A stretch of DNA of 64,000 nucleotides from an uncultured bacterium (GCA_963729625.1 CAVSOU010000010.1:96001-160000), one strand, 5' to 3'; positions 32,186-42,673 are shown, counted from the first letter of the stretch. Program-made: numbers and translations. The notes: generated from the letters alone by a model not told the origin.

Positions 32186-32533
32186 GGTTCGGCTCTCCCC
32201 TATTCTAGTCATACAACGTCGAGACGGGCGCCCGCGCGCGGCGCCCAGGTTATCTGCTGATTACAGGGTACAGGGTGTTCAAAATGCGGATGCGCGCCGG
32301 CCACGAATGGAAGCGCGTACCGGTTGCAGGCTGCCCGACACTCATCGGCCTATGCGCCGCGATCCGCAGGGCGTAGACGCGCGATTTGCTACGATTATGA
32401 GTGTGACAGACTGCTGTGTTGGATGGTAGATTCCAGGGACGCCACCGCCTGGCGCCGGCGGATTCGGCGGCGGCTTCGGAACTGCTGGTGGTTCTCCGCC
32501 GGCGGAAGACCGCCCCATAAGGGAGACAGTGTC

Positions 32534-32776
32534 ATGGCCATGTCGGGGCACGCGCGCCGAAGGCGCGGTGAGCGACCTCGGAAACCCTTGAGTGTCCCGC
32601 TGGTGATCGCTCTTCTTGGAGTGGCACTATTCTTCCTGGGCATCGCGGTGGCCAGCGTCGACGTCTCCGCCCTTGGCGCGTTGCTCGCACTATGGGGCCT
32701 CGCATCGTCCAGCATTCTGCTGCTCACTCGGTGGCGGCAGGCCCGCAAACGGGCGGCGCGCGCGTCGAGGCGCTAG
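32534..32776 (+). CDS. Small two-TM membrane protein (80 aa)
   Basis: ATG after AAGGGAG; two hydrophobic helices flanked by Arg-rich ends. Confidence 0.65.
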   Translation: MAMSGHARRRRGERPRKPLSVPLVIALLGVALFFLGIAVASVDVSALGALLALWGLASSSILLLTRWRQARKRAARASRR

Positions 32777-33071
32777 GTCGCTCGCCTATCCGATGCGCTG
32801 ACATGTCTGTCGGCGCCTGCACTGCGAGCGCGTTGCGTCCGTGAAGCCAAGCTGGTGGCGCCTGCAACTGCGGTCCCGCGCGGGCGATCCGCTGTCATGC
32901 CGCTCCTGCCAACGCACCCGCGTTGCGTCGGGTGTGAACGTGCATAACTGCAGGTTACGCGGTAGCTCGTCGCCTATACTGGATGGGATCTCGCTTGGGA
33001 GCCGGCGGGGGGGAGTTCGGCGGTCACGTCGCGAAGATGGCTGGGCCGTGGCTTGGCATGAGAGAGTGTAG

Positions 33072-33977
33072 GTGCTGAGAATGATTGAACGACGGATCGT
33101 CATTCCATGGAGTGGTCGGTCGCTCGGTGAGCATTTGGACCTGGCGCGCACGTCGCTTCCAGTTCGGCAATCCCTGCTGTGCGATGCCAGCGAGGCAGAC
33201 TCCGCCGAGCCAGCGCCGTGGGGCTACCGGGACCTCGGGATGGTAGCTCTCTGGACGGCCAGCATAGCCACAGCCACGATTCTCGGTATGATCGTAGTCC
33301 GTTTGCTTGTGTCACTGGTGTTTCTCGTCGGGGAAATGGTCTGGCTGGTTCCGGACGGGGCCTATAACCAGCTCACGGCCGCGGCCGGGCCGTACAGCAA
33401 TGTGCTGACAGACCTCATTGTGGGTGCGGGCCTCTATGGAGGCCTTGTCTTCGGTGTCTACCGGCAGACAGTCGTTAAGTACGGCCTGTCGCTGAGGGCG
33501 TTGGGATTCGAACGTGTCTCTCGGCGAACCATCGGCCGTGTGGCGGTCGTGTTCGTGCCTGTTACGCTTGCGGGGGTCGCGATTAACCTGGCGTCACAAC
33601 GAGTTCTGGGCTCGGACACGCACGTGTCGCAGATATCCGTTCTCACGCGGGACATGAGCGCTTCGGCTGGCAATTTTGCCATCCTGTCACTTCTGCTTGT
33701 CGTACTTGCTCCGGTGGCAGAGGAAGTGTTCTTTCGGGGCTTCTTGTTCAGGATGCTTCGTTCGCGATATTCATCCTGGGTCACGATCGGCGCTACGTCA
33801 GTTGCCTTCGCGGCCCTGCACGGTTCGCCCACCGTACTACCGTGGCTTGTGTTCATGGGAGCTGTGTTCGGGACGCTTGTGGAAAAGACCCATTCGCTGT
33901 ATTCGAGCATCATCCTTCACGCCATGGTGAACGGATTGACGTTGCTGGGCGTCGTACTTGCCATGTCGTGGTCATAG
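33072..33977 (+). CDS. CPBP (CAAX/Abi) intramembrane protease
   Basis: APVAEEVFFRG, FAALH, HAMVN. Confidence 0.92.
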   Translation: MLRMIERRIVIPWSGRSLGEHLDLARTSLPVRQSLLCDASEADSAEPAPWGYRDLGMVALWTASIATATILGMIVVRLLVSLVFLVGEMVWLVPDGAYNQLTAAAGPYSNVLTDLIVGAGLYGGLVFGVYRQTVVKYGLSLRALGFERVSRRTIGRVAVVFVPVTLAGVAINLASQRVLGSDTHVSQISVLTRDMSASAGNFAILSLLLVVLAPVAEEVFFRGFLFRMLRSRYSSWVTIGATSVAFAALHGSPTVLPWLVFMGAVFGTLVEKTHSLYSSIILHAMVNGLTLLGVVLAMSWS

Positions 33978-33981
33978 GGAA

Positions 33982-36885
33982 TTACCGCCGTTGCTTCTGG
34001 GTTCGTCGCTTCGCACTCAGCAGTCTGCTGGCGGAGGAGGCTGGCGATCGTTCCGCGGATTCCACGGCAGCATCCGTTGCCGGGCCCTCATGTCGCCCCT
34101 GCGACGAGGCCACGCTGTCGGCGGCAGGAGTACTCCCCTGCCCGGGGTTGAGCGCGCCTGATGCCGTAGTGCGCATCGCCGCACGCGTCGCAGCAATCTG
34201 GCTCAAGTGCGACTGCGTGGCCGGAGATGCGGCCGCGGCCGGCTTATTGCGCACGCGGCTCGACCACGCTAGTCGCCGTTCGCGGACCGCGGCAAGCGGA
34301 GGCAGAATGTCTTGTGCGACGGAGGCCCTCCGGCGTAATGTCGCAGCCTGAAGGAGCACTATCCAATCCTTGCGCTCGAGCACGAGCCGGCGCGTGGCTA
34401 CGTCCACCGGGAGGAGCAGGAGTGCGAGCACGAGCAACAGGTCCTGCAAGTGCGTGGCAACAGTCACGACAGGCAGATTTGGCGCGAACGCGTCCTGCGG
34501 CTGGCTGAGAACTGATCCTCCACCCGCACTGGCGATAGCGCGCAGAGCGGTCTCATCGACACCGACGTCGCGGTAGTCCGGGGCGTACGGTACCGCAAGT
34601 CCGCCGCTGACGGTTTGAATCAGGTCGCCATTGCCCGCTGCTGCCGGCTGCGCTCGCACATTCGCGAAGTAAACTCCTGCCGTAGTGGCCGTCCCCTGAC
34701 CCTGGAAATGGTCAGGCGCCGACGGCTCCAGGGCAATCGATTGTGTTCCGTGCGGCCCGACAATATGCGCGGTGAGGGAGCGATAAGGCTGGCCGGTGCT
34801 ACTTTCCACGTCGACAGACAGCGTGCCTCCCGACACTGAAAGCGAGAGGGCCAAACTGGAGCTCTGCGGCGGAGGCAAGGTCCAATTCACCATCGACGCC
34901 CAAAGGGCTCTGGTCCGCGAGCTGGCGAGCCACGATGACGTCCACATGCCAGTCGCGTCGCTGGTCCACGCCACCGATCTCCCCAGTCCATACTGCCATT
35001 GAGCCAACACGGGGTCACTCTTGGCACTCGCGAGCACGATTGTTGCGAGAGGCTTCGGCGTAGTAATGACGTATCCGCTTAGCTGCGGTACACTGGCCAG
35101 CCCATCGATGATAGGGCTCGGCGCAACCGCTTGAGGAAAGAACCGCCCTTCCATGATTCCGCTGTGGGCGACCGTTCTCGCTACCTTGAGAAAGACCTGG
35201 GGTATAGTGCTCACGTTATCAGCCGGGTAGTATTTGCCGCCGCCGTATCGGGCGATGTCTTGCATGTTCTGGAAGTCCGACGCAGCCGCGGCATTTGTCT
35301 CGATTGTAGAGACCCGGATTCCAGCCTTGTATATCTTCTGGAGCACCCCGGCGGTGTCACTGGCGGCATCTCCATCGCCGAGAAGAATGATGTGTTTCGT
35401 CTGAGCCTGAGCGTCCTTCAGGATGTCAAAGGCCTGAGCCAAAAACGGCGCGTAACTCGGCGGGTCGCCGGGCTGCATCTGTTCGATTGCCCGCACTATG
35501 GCCGCCTTGTCGCTGACGTGGCTCAGTGGCCAGACCAGCCCAGGTTGCGCGTCGCTCACCGCAACCTGATCCTGAGGGTTGAGCAGCCCAACCACGCCTT
35601 CACCGGCGCTCTTCGATATGTTGACCTCCGACTGCGACTCCAAATCCTCGATGATCAACACTACTGCGGCAGTAGGAAGATCCTTGCGTTTCGGCAGGTC
35701 CATGCTTACGGGCATCGCTTCTTCCAGCGGCGTCGAACCGTAGTTGCCTAGGGCGTAGCTGTTCGTTCCTCCTATGACTACCAGCCCATGGCCCAAGTCG
35801 CCCACAAACGAGCGAAGGGCCTCTAGTGTGTCAGCGCCAAGACTATCTGAAGACACATCCACGAGGACGATGGACGCGTAAAGTTGCAAGACGGACAGGT
35901 CCGGCGTGAGCGCGTCGGCGCCAGTGACCTCTACTGCGAGGTGTGCCGCGCGAAGCGACGCCACGACGTTCGTACCGTTGCCGCTCGCGCCCTCGACTAC
36001 CAGGACTCGTGCCGGGCCGGAGACAGTTGTGAACGCGCTTGCCTGATTGTTCTGAGTGAGCGTGTCCTGCTGCGGTTGCACCACGATCGAGTACGTGTGA
36101 ACCCCCGCGGACCCGGCGCGAAACGAGCTGCTGATCGTCGTTTCACCCACCTGCAGCCGCGCTGTGCCGGAGCCGGCAAGCTGCCCATCCTGAAATACCT
36201 GGTAGCTTGTCGTGGTCCGCACCGAGCTGTGGATATCGGCATCCGCCGTGAAGCGCTCTGCCTCGTGCACGATGGCGGGAATCGAGAGTGAATCGACGCG
36301 AACTTCCGGCCCCGACTGAGCCGCTACCGGCGCCGCGTCGACCCGGATGCCTTCGCTGCGCAGCAGCTGAGCCTCGCCAACTGCGTCTCCCAGGTTCTCC
36401 CGTCCGTCGCTCAGTAGCACCACTCTCCGCCTGTAGCTCGACGGAAGCAGCGCGCCGCCTAGCGCGAGGCCGGACTCGATGTTGGTGAAGTCCGGGTCGA
36501 CGACGGACTCAAATCGCCGGAACCCAGTAAGCGCAGCTGGCGGCTGCTCGACCAGGGAAGATTGGCCTGTCGCGACGATAGACGTTACGTCATTTGAGCC
36601 GCGCGACTGCAATGCAGTGTCGATATAATGCACTTCGCCAGGCTGACCGCCGATCGTGCTTGCAGACAAATCGCCGACGAAAGCGACGGCCTGCGCGCCG
36701 GTAGGCCGCTCCACCGTCATTCCGGCCGCGGCCAGGACGAGCGCGGTAAAGATAATGAGTCGCAGGACGAGAGCAGTTATCCACCGTGGGGTAGCCCGCC
36801 GGTGGACGCGTCGCAGCCGCGCCCAGCACGCGCCTCCAAGCACGACTGGCAATAGCAGAAGCATGCCGGGTGTATCAAAGCTCAT
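33982..36885 (-). CDS. Membrane-anchored vWA protein with Ig-like and glutamine-amidotransferase-like domains
   Basis: N-terminal TMs, DLSAST...LLSDGREN vWA, GLVVIGG, WQYGLGRSVAWTSD, C-terminal TM; ATGA overlap with upstream gene. Confidence 0.85.
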   Translation of the reverse strand: MSFDTPGMLLLLPVVLGGACWARLRRVHRRATPRWITALVLRLIIFTALVLAAAGMTVERPTGAQAVAFVGDLSASTIGGQPGEVHYIDTALQSRGSNDVTSIVATGQSSLVEQPPAALTGFRRFESVVDPDFTNIESGLALGGALLPSSYRRRVVLLSDGRENLGDAVGEAQLLRSEGIRVDAAPVAAQSGPEVRVDSLSIPAIVHEAERFTADADIHSSVRTTTSYQVFQDGQLAGSGTARLQVGETTISSSFRAGSAGVHTYSIVVQPQQDTLTQNNQASAFTTVSGPARVLVVEGASGNGTNVVASLRAAHLAVEVTGADALTPDLSVLQLYASIVLVDVSSDSLGADTLEALRSFVGDLGHGLVVIGGTNSYALGNYGSTPLEEAMPVSMDLPKRKDLPTAAVVLIIEDLESQSEVNISKSAGEGVVGLLNPQDQVAVSDAQPGLVWPLSHVSDKAAIVRAIEQMQPGDPPSYAPFLAQAFDILKDAQAQTKHIILLGDGDAASDTAGVLQKIYKAGIRVSTIETNAAAASDFQNMQDIARYGGGKYYPADNVSTIPQVFLKVARTVAHSGIMEGRFFPQAVAPSPIIDGLASVPQLSGYVITTPKPLATIVLASAKSDPVLAQWQYGLGRSVAWTSDATGMWTSSWLASSRTRALWASMVNWTLPPPQSSSLALSLSVSGGTLSVDVESSTGQPYRSLTAHIVGPHGTQSIALEPSAPDHFQGQGTATTAGVYFANVRAQPAAAGNGDLIQTVSGGLAVPYAPDYRDVGVDETALRAIASAGGGSVLSQPQDAFAPNLPVVTVATHLQDLLLVLALLLLPVDVATRRLVLERKDWIVLLQAATLRRRASVAQDILPPLAAVRERRLAWSSRVRNKPAAAASPATQSHLSQIAATRAAMRTTASGALNPGQGSTPAADSVASSQGRHEGPATDAAVESAERSPASSASRLLSAKRRTQKQRR

Positions 36886-38750
36886 TGCAGACGCATGGCC
36901 ACGAGCCACTCAGCCGCGAGGGCACCAACCGCCAGAAGGGCGACAACGCGCGTCAACTCCACCGGAATTTTCGCGTTGCCCGAGCTGCCGGGCGCGGCGC
37001 GCGGCGGAACGCCAACCGCAGCCACGCTGACCCCGCCGATCGGTTCGAGCACTGGATCGACGACGAAATGGGCGACATGTGCAACCGGGCCGCTTGAGAC
37101 CCTCATCTTGTATGGGCCGGGAAGGTCGGTGGCGCTGAACACGGCCTGCTCGCCGCCCTGGTCGGTCGTGATGGGCAGCAAGTCGTGCTCGGAGCCATCG
37201 GGACCGGTCACTGTCACGCGCGCCTGATCTGAAGGCAGAGTCACAGTCAGCAAAGCACCCGGGTGGATGACCGACATGTCGGCGGAGCGTATCGGAGCGA
37301 GCCAATTGATGAGGTTACTGATGAGCACGGGGAAGTCGAAACTTAACGGCAAGTCCGACTGCCCCAGATCGAACAGGGTTACAACCGCACGCCGACCGTT
37401 CGCGCCACCAACCGAGCCTTCAAGTAGAAGCGCCCCTCGCCCATCGCGCAACGCGGCATGCGCCCACGCCGGCATCGACGTGGATCGGGCCTTGAATACG
37501 TGCACGTCGGACGTCGAGAAATACGTTAGAAGCCCGTTCGGATCATCGTCGACGTGCATCGGTCCGGCGGTCCGGATGCTGCCGACGTGCAGCCCTAACG
37601 TGTCGTGCGGCGGACCAATGAACATAAGGTTTGTCGCCGGGAGCGATGGAGGAACATATCCATCAAACACAACGAGATCCTGGTCCCGAACGAGAGCGGA
37701 GTCGTATGCCTTCGGGGTCGTCGTGGCGACGACTGTGTCAGTGGCTGTGCCAAGGGCGGCCACCAAGAACATGTCACCTGACGTCACGAGGAGCACATGG
37801 CGAGCGCTCTGCGCCTGAAGCAGCGTCCACGTGGCATTATCGGCAGGCAGCGCGTCCTTCAACGTGAGGCGCGCCTCAAGGACGGAGACCGGTTTCGACA
37901 AGAACATCGTCGACATGACGGTCGACTTCTGTGCAGGAACGGCAACGGGCTCGACGGCTTCGACTCGGCCGTCTGCGACGAGCTCTACGTCGCTTTCGAG
38001 TGCAGTGCGGCCCGTGTTCGCCACGCGAAAGCTCGCCGCAACCTTGCCGCTCGCCGTCTGCGAGGCGACGAGGGAGTCGACTCCCAGGTTCGGCGAATCC
38101 TGGCTGCCGAAACGTAAGTCACGAAATGCGATCGACTGTGGTAGCGCCGGAACGGACGTAGCGGAGGAGCGCAACAAGTCTACGGCCACCTGACCGGTGC
38201 CTGCCCGCATAGCAAGTGCGAAGGCGAGATCCATGGCCGACGCTACGTCCGGCTGCTCAAATCCGGGTCGCTCGCCGGACAAAACGGCCTGTACCGCTCC
38301 CCGGTCGGTGCTGGACGCGACCAGCACTCGAGGCCGTCCGTCCAGGCGTACGAGGCTGACTGATTTGTCCTGTGGCAGGTTGTTGACCAGCGCACGAGCT
38401 GCGCTGACCTCTCTTGCAAAACGGGTCTGACCTCCATCGACAGTCTGAGTGCTCAGGGAGGCATCGAGCACAATGACCACGTCGGAGCCGAGCGCGCCTG
38501 CGCGCAATACGTACGGCTTCATCAGGGCAAGCGTGATCGCAAGCAACACCACAAGTTGCAGGATCAGCAGCGGCTCGGCACGAAGTCGCTGCCAGGGTGC
38601 GTTGGCGCGTGTATCGATCGCCGCCCGGTTCCACAGCAGCGTGCTCGGTACGGTCTTGCGGGCCCGCCGGAGCTTGAGGAAGTACTGCGCAACGATCAGG
38701 AGTGCCACTGCAGCGAACGCGGCTGCGACCGGAGCCGCGAAGCCAATCAC
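36882..38750 (-). CDS. BatA-domain plus vWA membrane protein
   Basis: YFLKLRR..VPSTLLW, LLILQL..LAL.KP (BatA), VLDASLS MIDAS, C-terminal AEW TM. Confidence 0.87.
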   Translation of the reverse strand: MIGFAAPVAAAFAAVALLIVAQYFLKLRRARKTVPSTLLWNRAAIDTRANAPWQRLRAEPLLILQLVVLLAITLALMKPYVLRAGALGSDVVIVLDASLSTQTVDGGQTRFAREVSAARALVNNLPQDKSVSLVRLDGRPRVLVASSTDRGAVQAVLSGERPGFEQPDVASAMDLAFALAMRAGTGQVAVDLLRSSATSVPALPQSIAFRDLRFGSQDSPNLGVDSLVASQTASGKVAASFRVANTGRTALESDVELVADGRVEAVEPVAVPAQKSTVMSTMFLSKPVSVLEARLTLKDALPADNATWTLLQAQSARHVLLVTSGDMFLVAALGTATDTVVATTTPKAYDSALVRDQDLVVFDGYVPPSLPATNLMFIGPPHDTLGLHVGSIRTAGPMHVDDDPNGLLTYFSTSDVHVFKARSTSMPAWAHAALRDGRGALLLEGSVGGANGRRAVVTLFDLGQSDLPLSFDFPVLISNLINWLAPIRSADMSVIHPGALLTVTLPSDQARVTVTGPDGSEHDLLPITTDQGGEQAVFSATDLPGPYKMRVSSGPVAHVAHFVVDPVLEPIGGVSVAAVGVPPRAAPGSSGNAKIPVELTRVVALLAVGALAAEWLVAMRLQ

Positions 38751-39589
38751 GCTCTGCCTCCCACGGCTCCGAGCTTGACCAGGTCCCTCAGCACCACATG
38801 TTCGAGGCTTGCATCACTCGCGACCTGTCCGAACGGTATTCGGTGCTGGGCGCACCAACTGCTGAGGTCGGCTGTGTGCGCGGCGAGCGCTTGGTGGTAG
38901 CGGGCAAGCATTGCAGGATTGGCACTCACCTCGGTTTCGACGCCTGACTCGCAGTCCACTAGCGTCCATTCGCCGTCCAGGACGGGCCGCAACTCGTCCG
39001 GAGCCAGCACTTGAATGACGGTCACATCGTGTTTGCATGCGCCCTGCAACGCACGAAGCCCTCCCCGCCAATCACTGTCGGTAAGCATGTCACTGAGCAC
39101 GACGGCGATGCCCGGTGCGGGGTGATAGCCTCGAAACCCATGCAGCCGGCCCAGATTGGTTGTGCCCGACGCCGGGAGGTCGGCGATGAACTTCCAGATC
39201 TCTGGTGCGCGATCGCTTCCGGATCGAGCCGGCAGGTAGGGTCCCAAGCGTTCCCCAATGCCGGCCACGGCAACCCTGTCATAATTCACCAGAGCGACAT
39301 AAGCAAGCGCCGCGGCGATCTGTCGCGTCAGTGTGTTCTTGGGCGGAGTGCCTCCGGCCATAGATGCGGAGCAGTCGAGGAATAAGGTCAGCGTGGTGTT
39401 CTCCTCGGCCTCGAATATGCGGAGAAAGAGTCGGTTGACCCGCGCAAAGACATTCCAGTCGATGCGCCGGAAGTCGTCTCCGCGCGCGTATGTGCGATAG
39501 TCGGCGAATTCGACTGAGCTGCCTGCCGCGGGCGACCTTCTCGGACCGGCGCCCGAGCCAAGGCGGCGTTGTCGCGCCAGAATAGCCAT
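38747..39589 (-). CDS. DUF58 protein (true start uncertain, see findings)
   Basis: GSSVEFADYR.Y..GDDFRRIDWN, LDCSASM, VLSD. Confidence 0.9.
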   Translation of the reverse strand: MAILARQRRLGSGAGPRRSPAAGSSVEFADYRTYARGDDFRRIDWNVFARVNRLFLRIFEAEENTTLTLFLDCSASMAGGTPPKNTLTRQIAAALAYVALVNYDRVAVAGIGERLGPYLPARSGSDRAPEIWKFIADLPASGTTNLGRLHGFRGYHPAPGIAVVLSDMLTDSDWRGGLRALQGACKHDVTVIQVLAPDELRPVLDGEWTLVDCESGVETEVSANPAMLARYHQALAAHTADLSSWCAQHRIPFGQVASDASLEHVVLRDLVKLGAVGGRA

Positions 39590-39645
39590 CCTGTTCAGAC
39601 GCTCAACGAGGCTTGGATCTAGGCCGCAGATGCAGCGACGACATG

Positions 39646-40644
39646 CTACTCCTTCAGATCGTTCAGCAACTCCGCAATCACGGCGTCAGTCGTCACTCCC
39701 TCCGCGACAGCTTCGAAGTTCAGCAGAATACGGTGCCGGAGCACTGGCAGCGCCAGCTCACGGATGTCGTCGATCGCAGCGTTGAACCGGCCATCCAGCA
39801 ACGCGAGAACTTGAGCGCCGGTGACCAGCGCCTGTAATCCCCGGGGGCTCGCTCCGGCGCGAACGTAGCGCCCGACATTTGCGCTTCCCGCTGCTTTGCC
39901 TGGATGGGTGGCCAGCACGAGCGCTATTGCATAGTCCGCCACGATCGTAGCTACGGGCACCGCCCGCGCGATCGTACGCAGCGCAAGCAGACGCGGCCCA
40001 TCGACCACCACCGGCAACGAATCGGGAGGCTGGATAGTGCGAAGGACAATCCCCCGCAATACATCCGCATTTGGAAATGGCACCAAGATCTTGAAGAAGA
40101 AGCGGTCGAGCTGCGCTTCCGGCAGCGGGTAGGTCCCTTCCATCTCCAGAGGGTTCTGCGTCGCAAGTACGAAGAACGGTTCAGGCAGCTTGTGCGTGGA
40201 GTCTCCCACGGTAATCGTGTGCTCCTGCATGGCTTCCAGCAATGCGGACTGGGTCTTTGGCGTGGCGCGGTTGATTTCATCGGCAAGGACGAGGTTGGCG
40301 AAGAGCGGGCCGGGCTGGAAGCGAAACGCCCTCCGCCCGCTTTCGTCCTCGCCGATAATATTCGTCCCGGTGCAGTCAGCGGGCATCAGGTCCGGAGTGA
40401 ACTGAATTCGGCTGAAGTGCATTCGAAGCGTCTGCGCCAGCGAGCGAACCAAGAGTGTCTTTCCCAGGCCGGGCACTCCTTCGAGCAGGACATGGCCCCC
40501 TGCGAAGAGAGCAACCAAGGTCTGTCGCACGACGGCTTGCTGACCGACGACGGCCCGAGCAATGCCAGCTTCCAGTTCACGCCCGATCCGCCGGATCTCT
40601 TCGGGTTGGATTTCAGTGGTAGGTGCCCCGACTTCGACGCTCAT
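39646..40644 (-). CDS. moxR: MoxR-family AAA+ ATPase
   Basis: LEGVPGLGKT, RIQFTPDLMPAD, DEINRATPKTQSALLEAMQE, GTYPLPEAQLDRF. Confidence 0.96.
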   Translation of the reverse strand: MSVEVGAPTTEIQPEEIRRIGRELEAGIARAVVGQQAVVRQTLVALFAGGHVLLEGVPGLGKTLLVRSLAQTLRMHFSRIQFTPDLMPADCTGTNIIGEDESGRRAFRFQPGPLFANLVLADEINRATPKTQSALLEAMQEHTITVGDSTHKLPEPFFVLATQNPLEMEGTYPLPEAQLDRFFFKILVPFPNADVLRGIVLRTIQPPDSLPVVVDGPRLLALRTIARAVPVATIVADYAIALVLATHPGKAAGSANVGRYVRAGASPRGLQALVTGAQVLALLDGRFNAAIDDIRELALPVLRHRILLNFEAVAEGVTTDAVIAELLNDLKE

Positions 40645-40738
40645 CACTTCGAACCTCACACTTGCGCAGGCGCGATGCTCCGAAAGGTCGGCCGCATCGG
40701 CTGCAGATGGGAGCTCGCCTCAGCCTCACTCAACTACC

Positions 40739-42673
40739 CTACCTGGCGCCCTGCAGGGTGCTGAAGTACCGCTTAATTGCGTCCTGGATTCCCGGTGGCA
40801 CGGCCTCTCGACCAAGCGCCGCGTTGGCCGATGTTGCGTACTTCTCGACCATTTGCTCGTAGCTAGGCGAGCCTACTTCCACGGTCGAGCCCAGCGGGCC
40901 TGCTTCCGTGACACCCGGACCCTTCAGCTGCGCGCCTGGCACATAGACCGTCGTGGCACGGCCCGGAGAACCGCTGCCGGCAGTTCCTTTCGAGCCCGAG
41001 CCGCTTCCCGATCCGCTTTGCCCGGATGTACTTGCCGAAGTCGACGCGCTTCCGACCGTGCTGGGCGATTGCAAGTTCACAGTCGCGCCTGCAGCCTGGC
41101 CGGCGCGCGACGCGGTACCTGCGAGGGCCGATTGGCCTGAATGAGTAGTGGCGGATCCGGACGATGCGGACGCGGCACCCGTACTTCCGCGCTGGCTCGC
41201 TCCCGATCCTGGCGATGAACTCTTTCTGCTGCGTCGGCCTGTGCCTGCGCCGGTAGCCGTCTTCGACACGGGGCTACCACTGCTAGCTGGAGGCGATGAG
41301 GCCGATTGACCGGAGCCCCGCGCTTGAGGCGATGCTGCAGCGCCCACGACGGGCGTTTCCTCACAGGCTGCCGCGATACTACCGGAGTTTCCGGCAGATG
41401 CCGTCGGGCAATTGATCGCGGAGTTGTCAGTCGCGCCGTTGGCAGCGTCGCTCTGAATCTTCTGGACTCCCACGGCGGCCTGCTGCGCCGAGCGGTCTGC
41501 GTTTGCCTGCTGCTGAAGTTGGGCAGCCTGGCTTGCAGCGGACTTCAGCGCGACACTGGCGCCGGCAGGATTATTATCAGTAAGGCTAAACGCAGCCTGG
41601 CGCAGGGTCTGCTTGAGTGCCGCTGGCGCTACGTTTGCGGCCCGTTCTAGCGCCCGTGCCGCCGCTAAGCGCTGCGCTGGCGACATGGAGGCAAGCTGCC
41701 GTGAGAGGGACTGCAGGGACTGTTTGACTGCGCCTGGGTCGCCTGCTTGCAAAGCATGAGCGACCTGCTGCGTTGGTCCTTGGCGCAGTGCGCTGGCCAA
41801 CGATTGGGTTGCGCCTCTTGCCTGCGCGGCGCCGGTCGCTATCTTCTGCAAGTTATCCTGAGCAGTCGAGAGTGCCCTGAGCGCCGCGTGTTGCGACTGC
41901 GCCGAAGCAAGCTGCTTTTGCAGGTTTTGCAACACGTTCTTGATCTGCAGGCTCGTCAGTGATTGCGCCGGCGCGGTCGACCGGGTCGAGGCCGCTGAGT
42001 TTCCAAGGTGATCCAGAAGTTTACCGGCGGCCGTTGCCGCGTGGCGCGTTATGGCAAGCACGTCTGAGTTCTGACTGTGGGCTGACCCCCGAGACGATGG
42101 CGAAGCCAGTGCCAGGCCCAGCAGCATCAGGCCCAGCGCAAACAACCCAAGCAGGCGACGCGGCAGACGGATCGTAACAGCCTCGACGAGCCGGGTCGTC
42201 ACGAGCAAACGTTGCAGCTCAGCTCGCTGAAGTGCAGCCATCCTGTCCGCGCGATTACGGTGTTCATACGCCGTCGAGAGGCGGTTCTTGAGACCCAGCT
42301 CGCGATCTACATGCTGAATCGTGGCCGGAATTGTGGGCCAATCCATGGCAATGCGAATGCCTGTGCCAATCAGGATGGCGAGGGCATAGGCCATGGCCGC
42401 AATCGCAATACGCGCCGAGCCTGTGGTTCCAGGCCAGGGCAAAACGCGGTCCAAGAAAAAGATAGTGGCGATGCCGATGAGTATCGCTGCCGCAGCGGCT
42501 ATCACGCGATGAGCCACGAGTGTAGTGGCCATCCTGCGCCGAAGCGGGCGTATCAGGATGCGAACATCCAGCGGTTCACCGTGCGGATGGTCAAGTGCCG
42601 CGATCATTGGCTGCGGTGCTCCGCGATGCTGCTGCCGGGATCCAATCACGTTGCGAACGACCGATAGGGACAA
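40739..42673 (-). CDS. Membrane protein with coiled-coil and Ser/Gly-rich region, MoxR-operon associated
   Basis: N-terminal TMs, DRELGLKNRLSTA, C-terminal VPP...IKRYF; alternative start 42607. Confidence 0.8.
   Translation of the reverse strand: MSLSVVRNVIGSRQQHRGAPQPMIAALDHPHGEPLDVRILIRPLRRRMATTLVAHRVIAAAAAILIGIATIFFLDRVLPWPGTTGSARIAIAAMAYALAILIGTGIRIAMDWPTIPATIQHVDRELGLKNRLSTAYEHRNRADRMAALQRAELQRLLVTTRLVEAVTIRLPRRLLGLFALGLMLLGLALASPSSRGSAHSQNSDVLAITRHAATAAGKLLDHLGNSAASTRSTAPAQSLTSLQIKNVLQNLQKQLASAQSQHAALRALSTAQDNLQKIATGAAQARGATQSLASALRQGPTQQVAHALQAGDPGAVKQSLQSLSRQLASMSPAQRLAAARALERAANVAPAALKQTLRQAAFSLTDNNPAGASVALKSAASQAAQLQQQANADRSAQQAAVGVQKIQSDAANGATDNSAINCPTASAGNSGSIAAACEETPVVGAAASPQARGSGQSASSPPASSGSPVSKTATGAGTGRRSRKSSSPGSGASQRGSTGAASASSGSATTHSGQSALAGTASRAGQAAGATVNLQSPSTVGSASTSASTSGQSGSGSGSGSKGTAGSGSPGRATTVYVPGAQLKGPGVTEAGPLGSTVEVGSPSYEQMVEKYATSANAALGREAVPPGIQDAIKRYFSTLQGAR

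Noticed and set aside
33072-33977. CAAX/Abi protease as an anti-phage or bacteriocin immunity system
   Set aside because: No bacteriocin precursor or defence genes recognised nearby; the family is common and standalone.
40940-41340. Ser/Gly/Ala-rich stretch as a DNA repeat
   Set aside because: Low-complexity linker inside a CDS with no regular nucleotide period.
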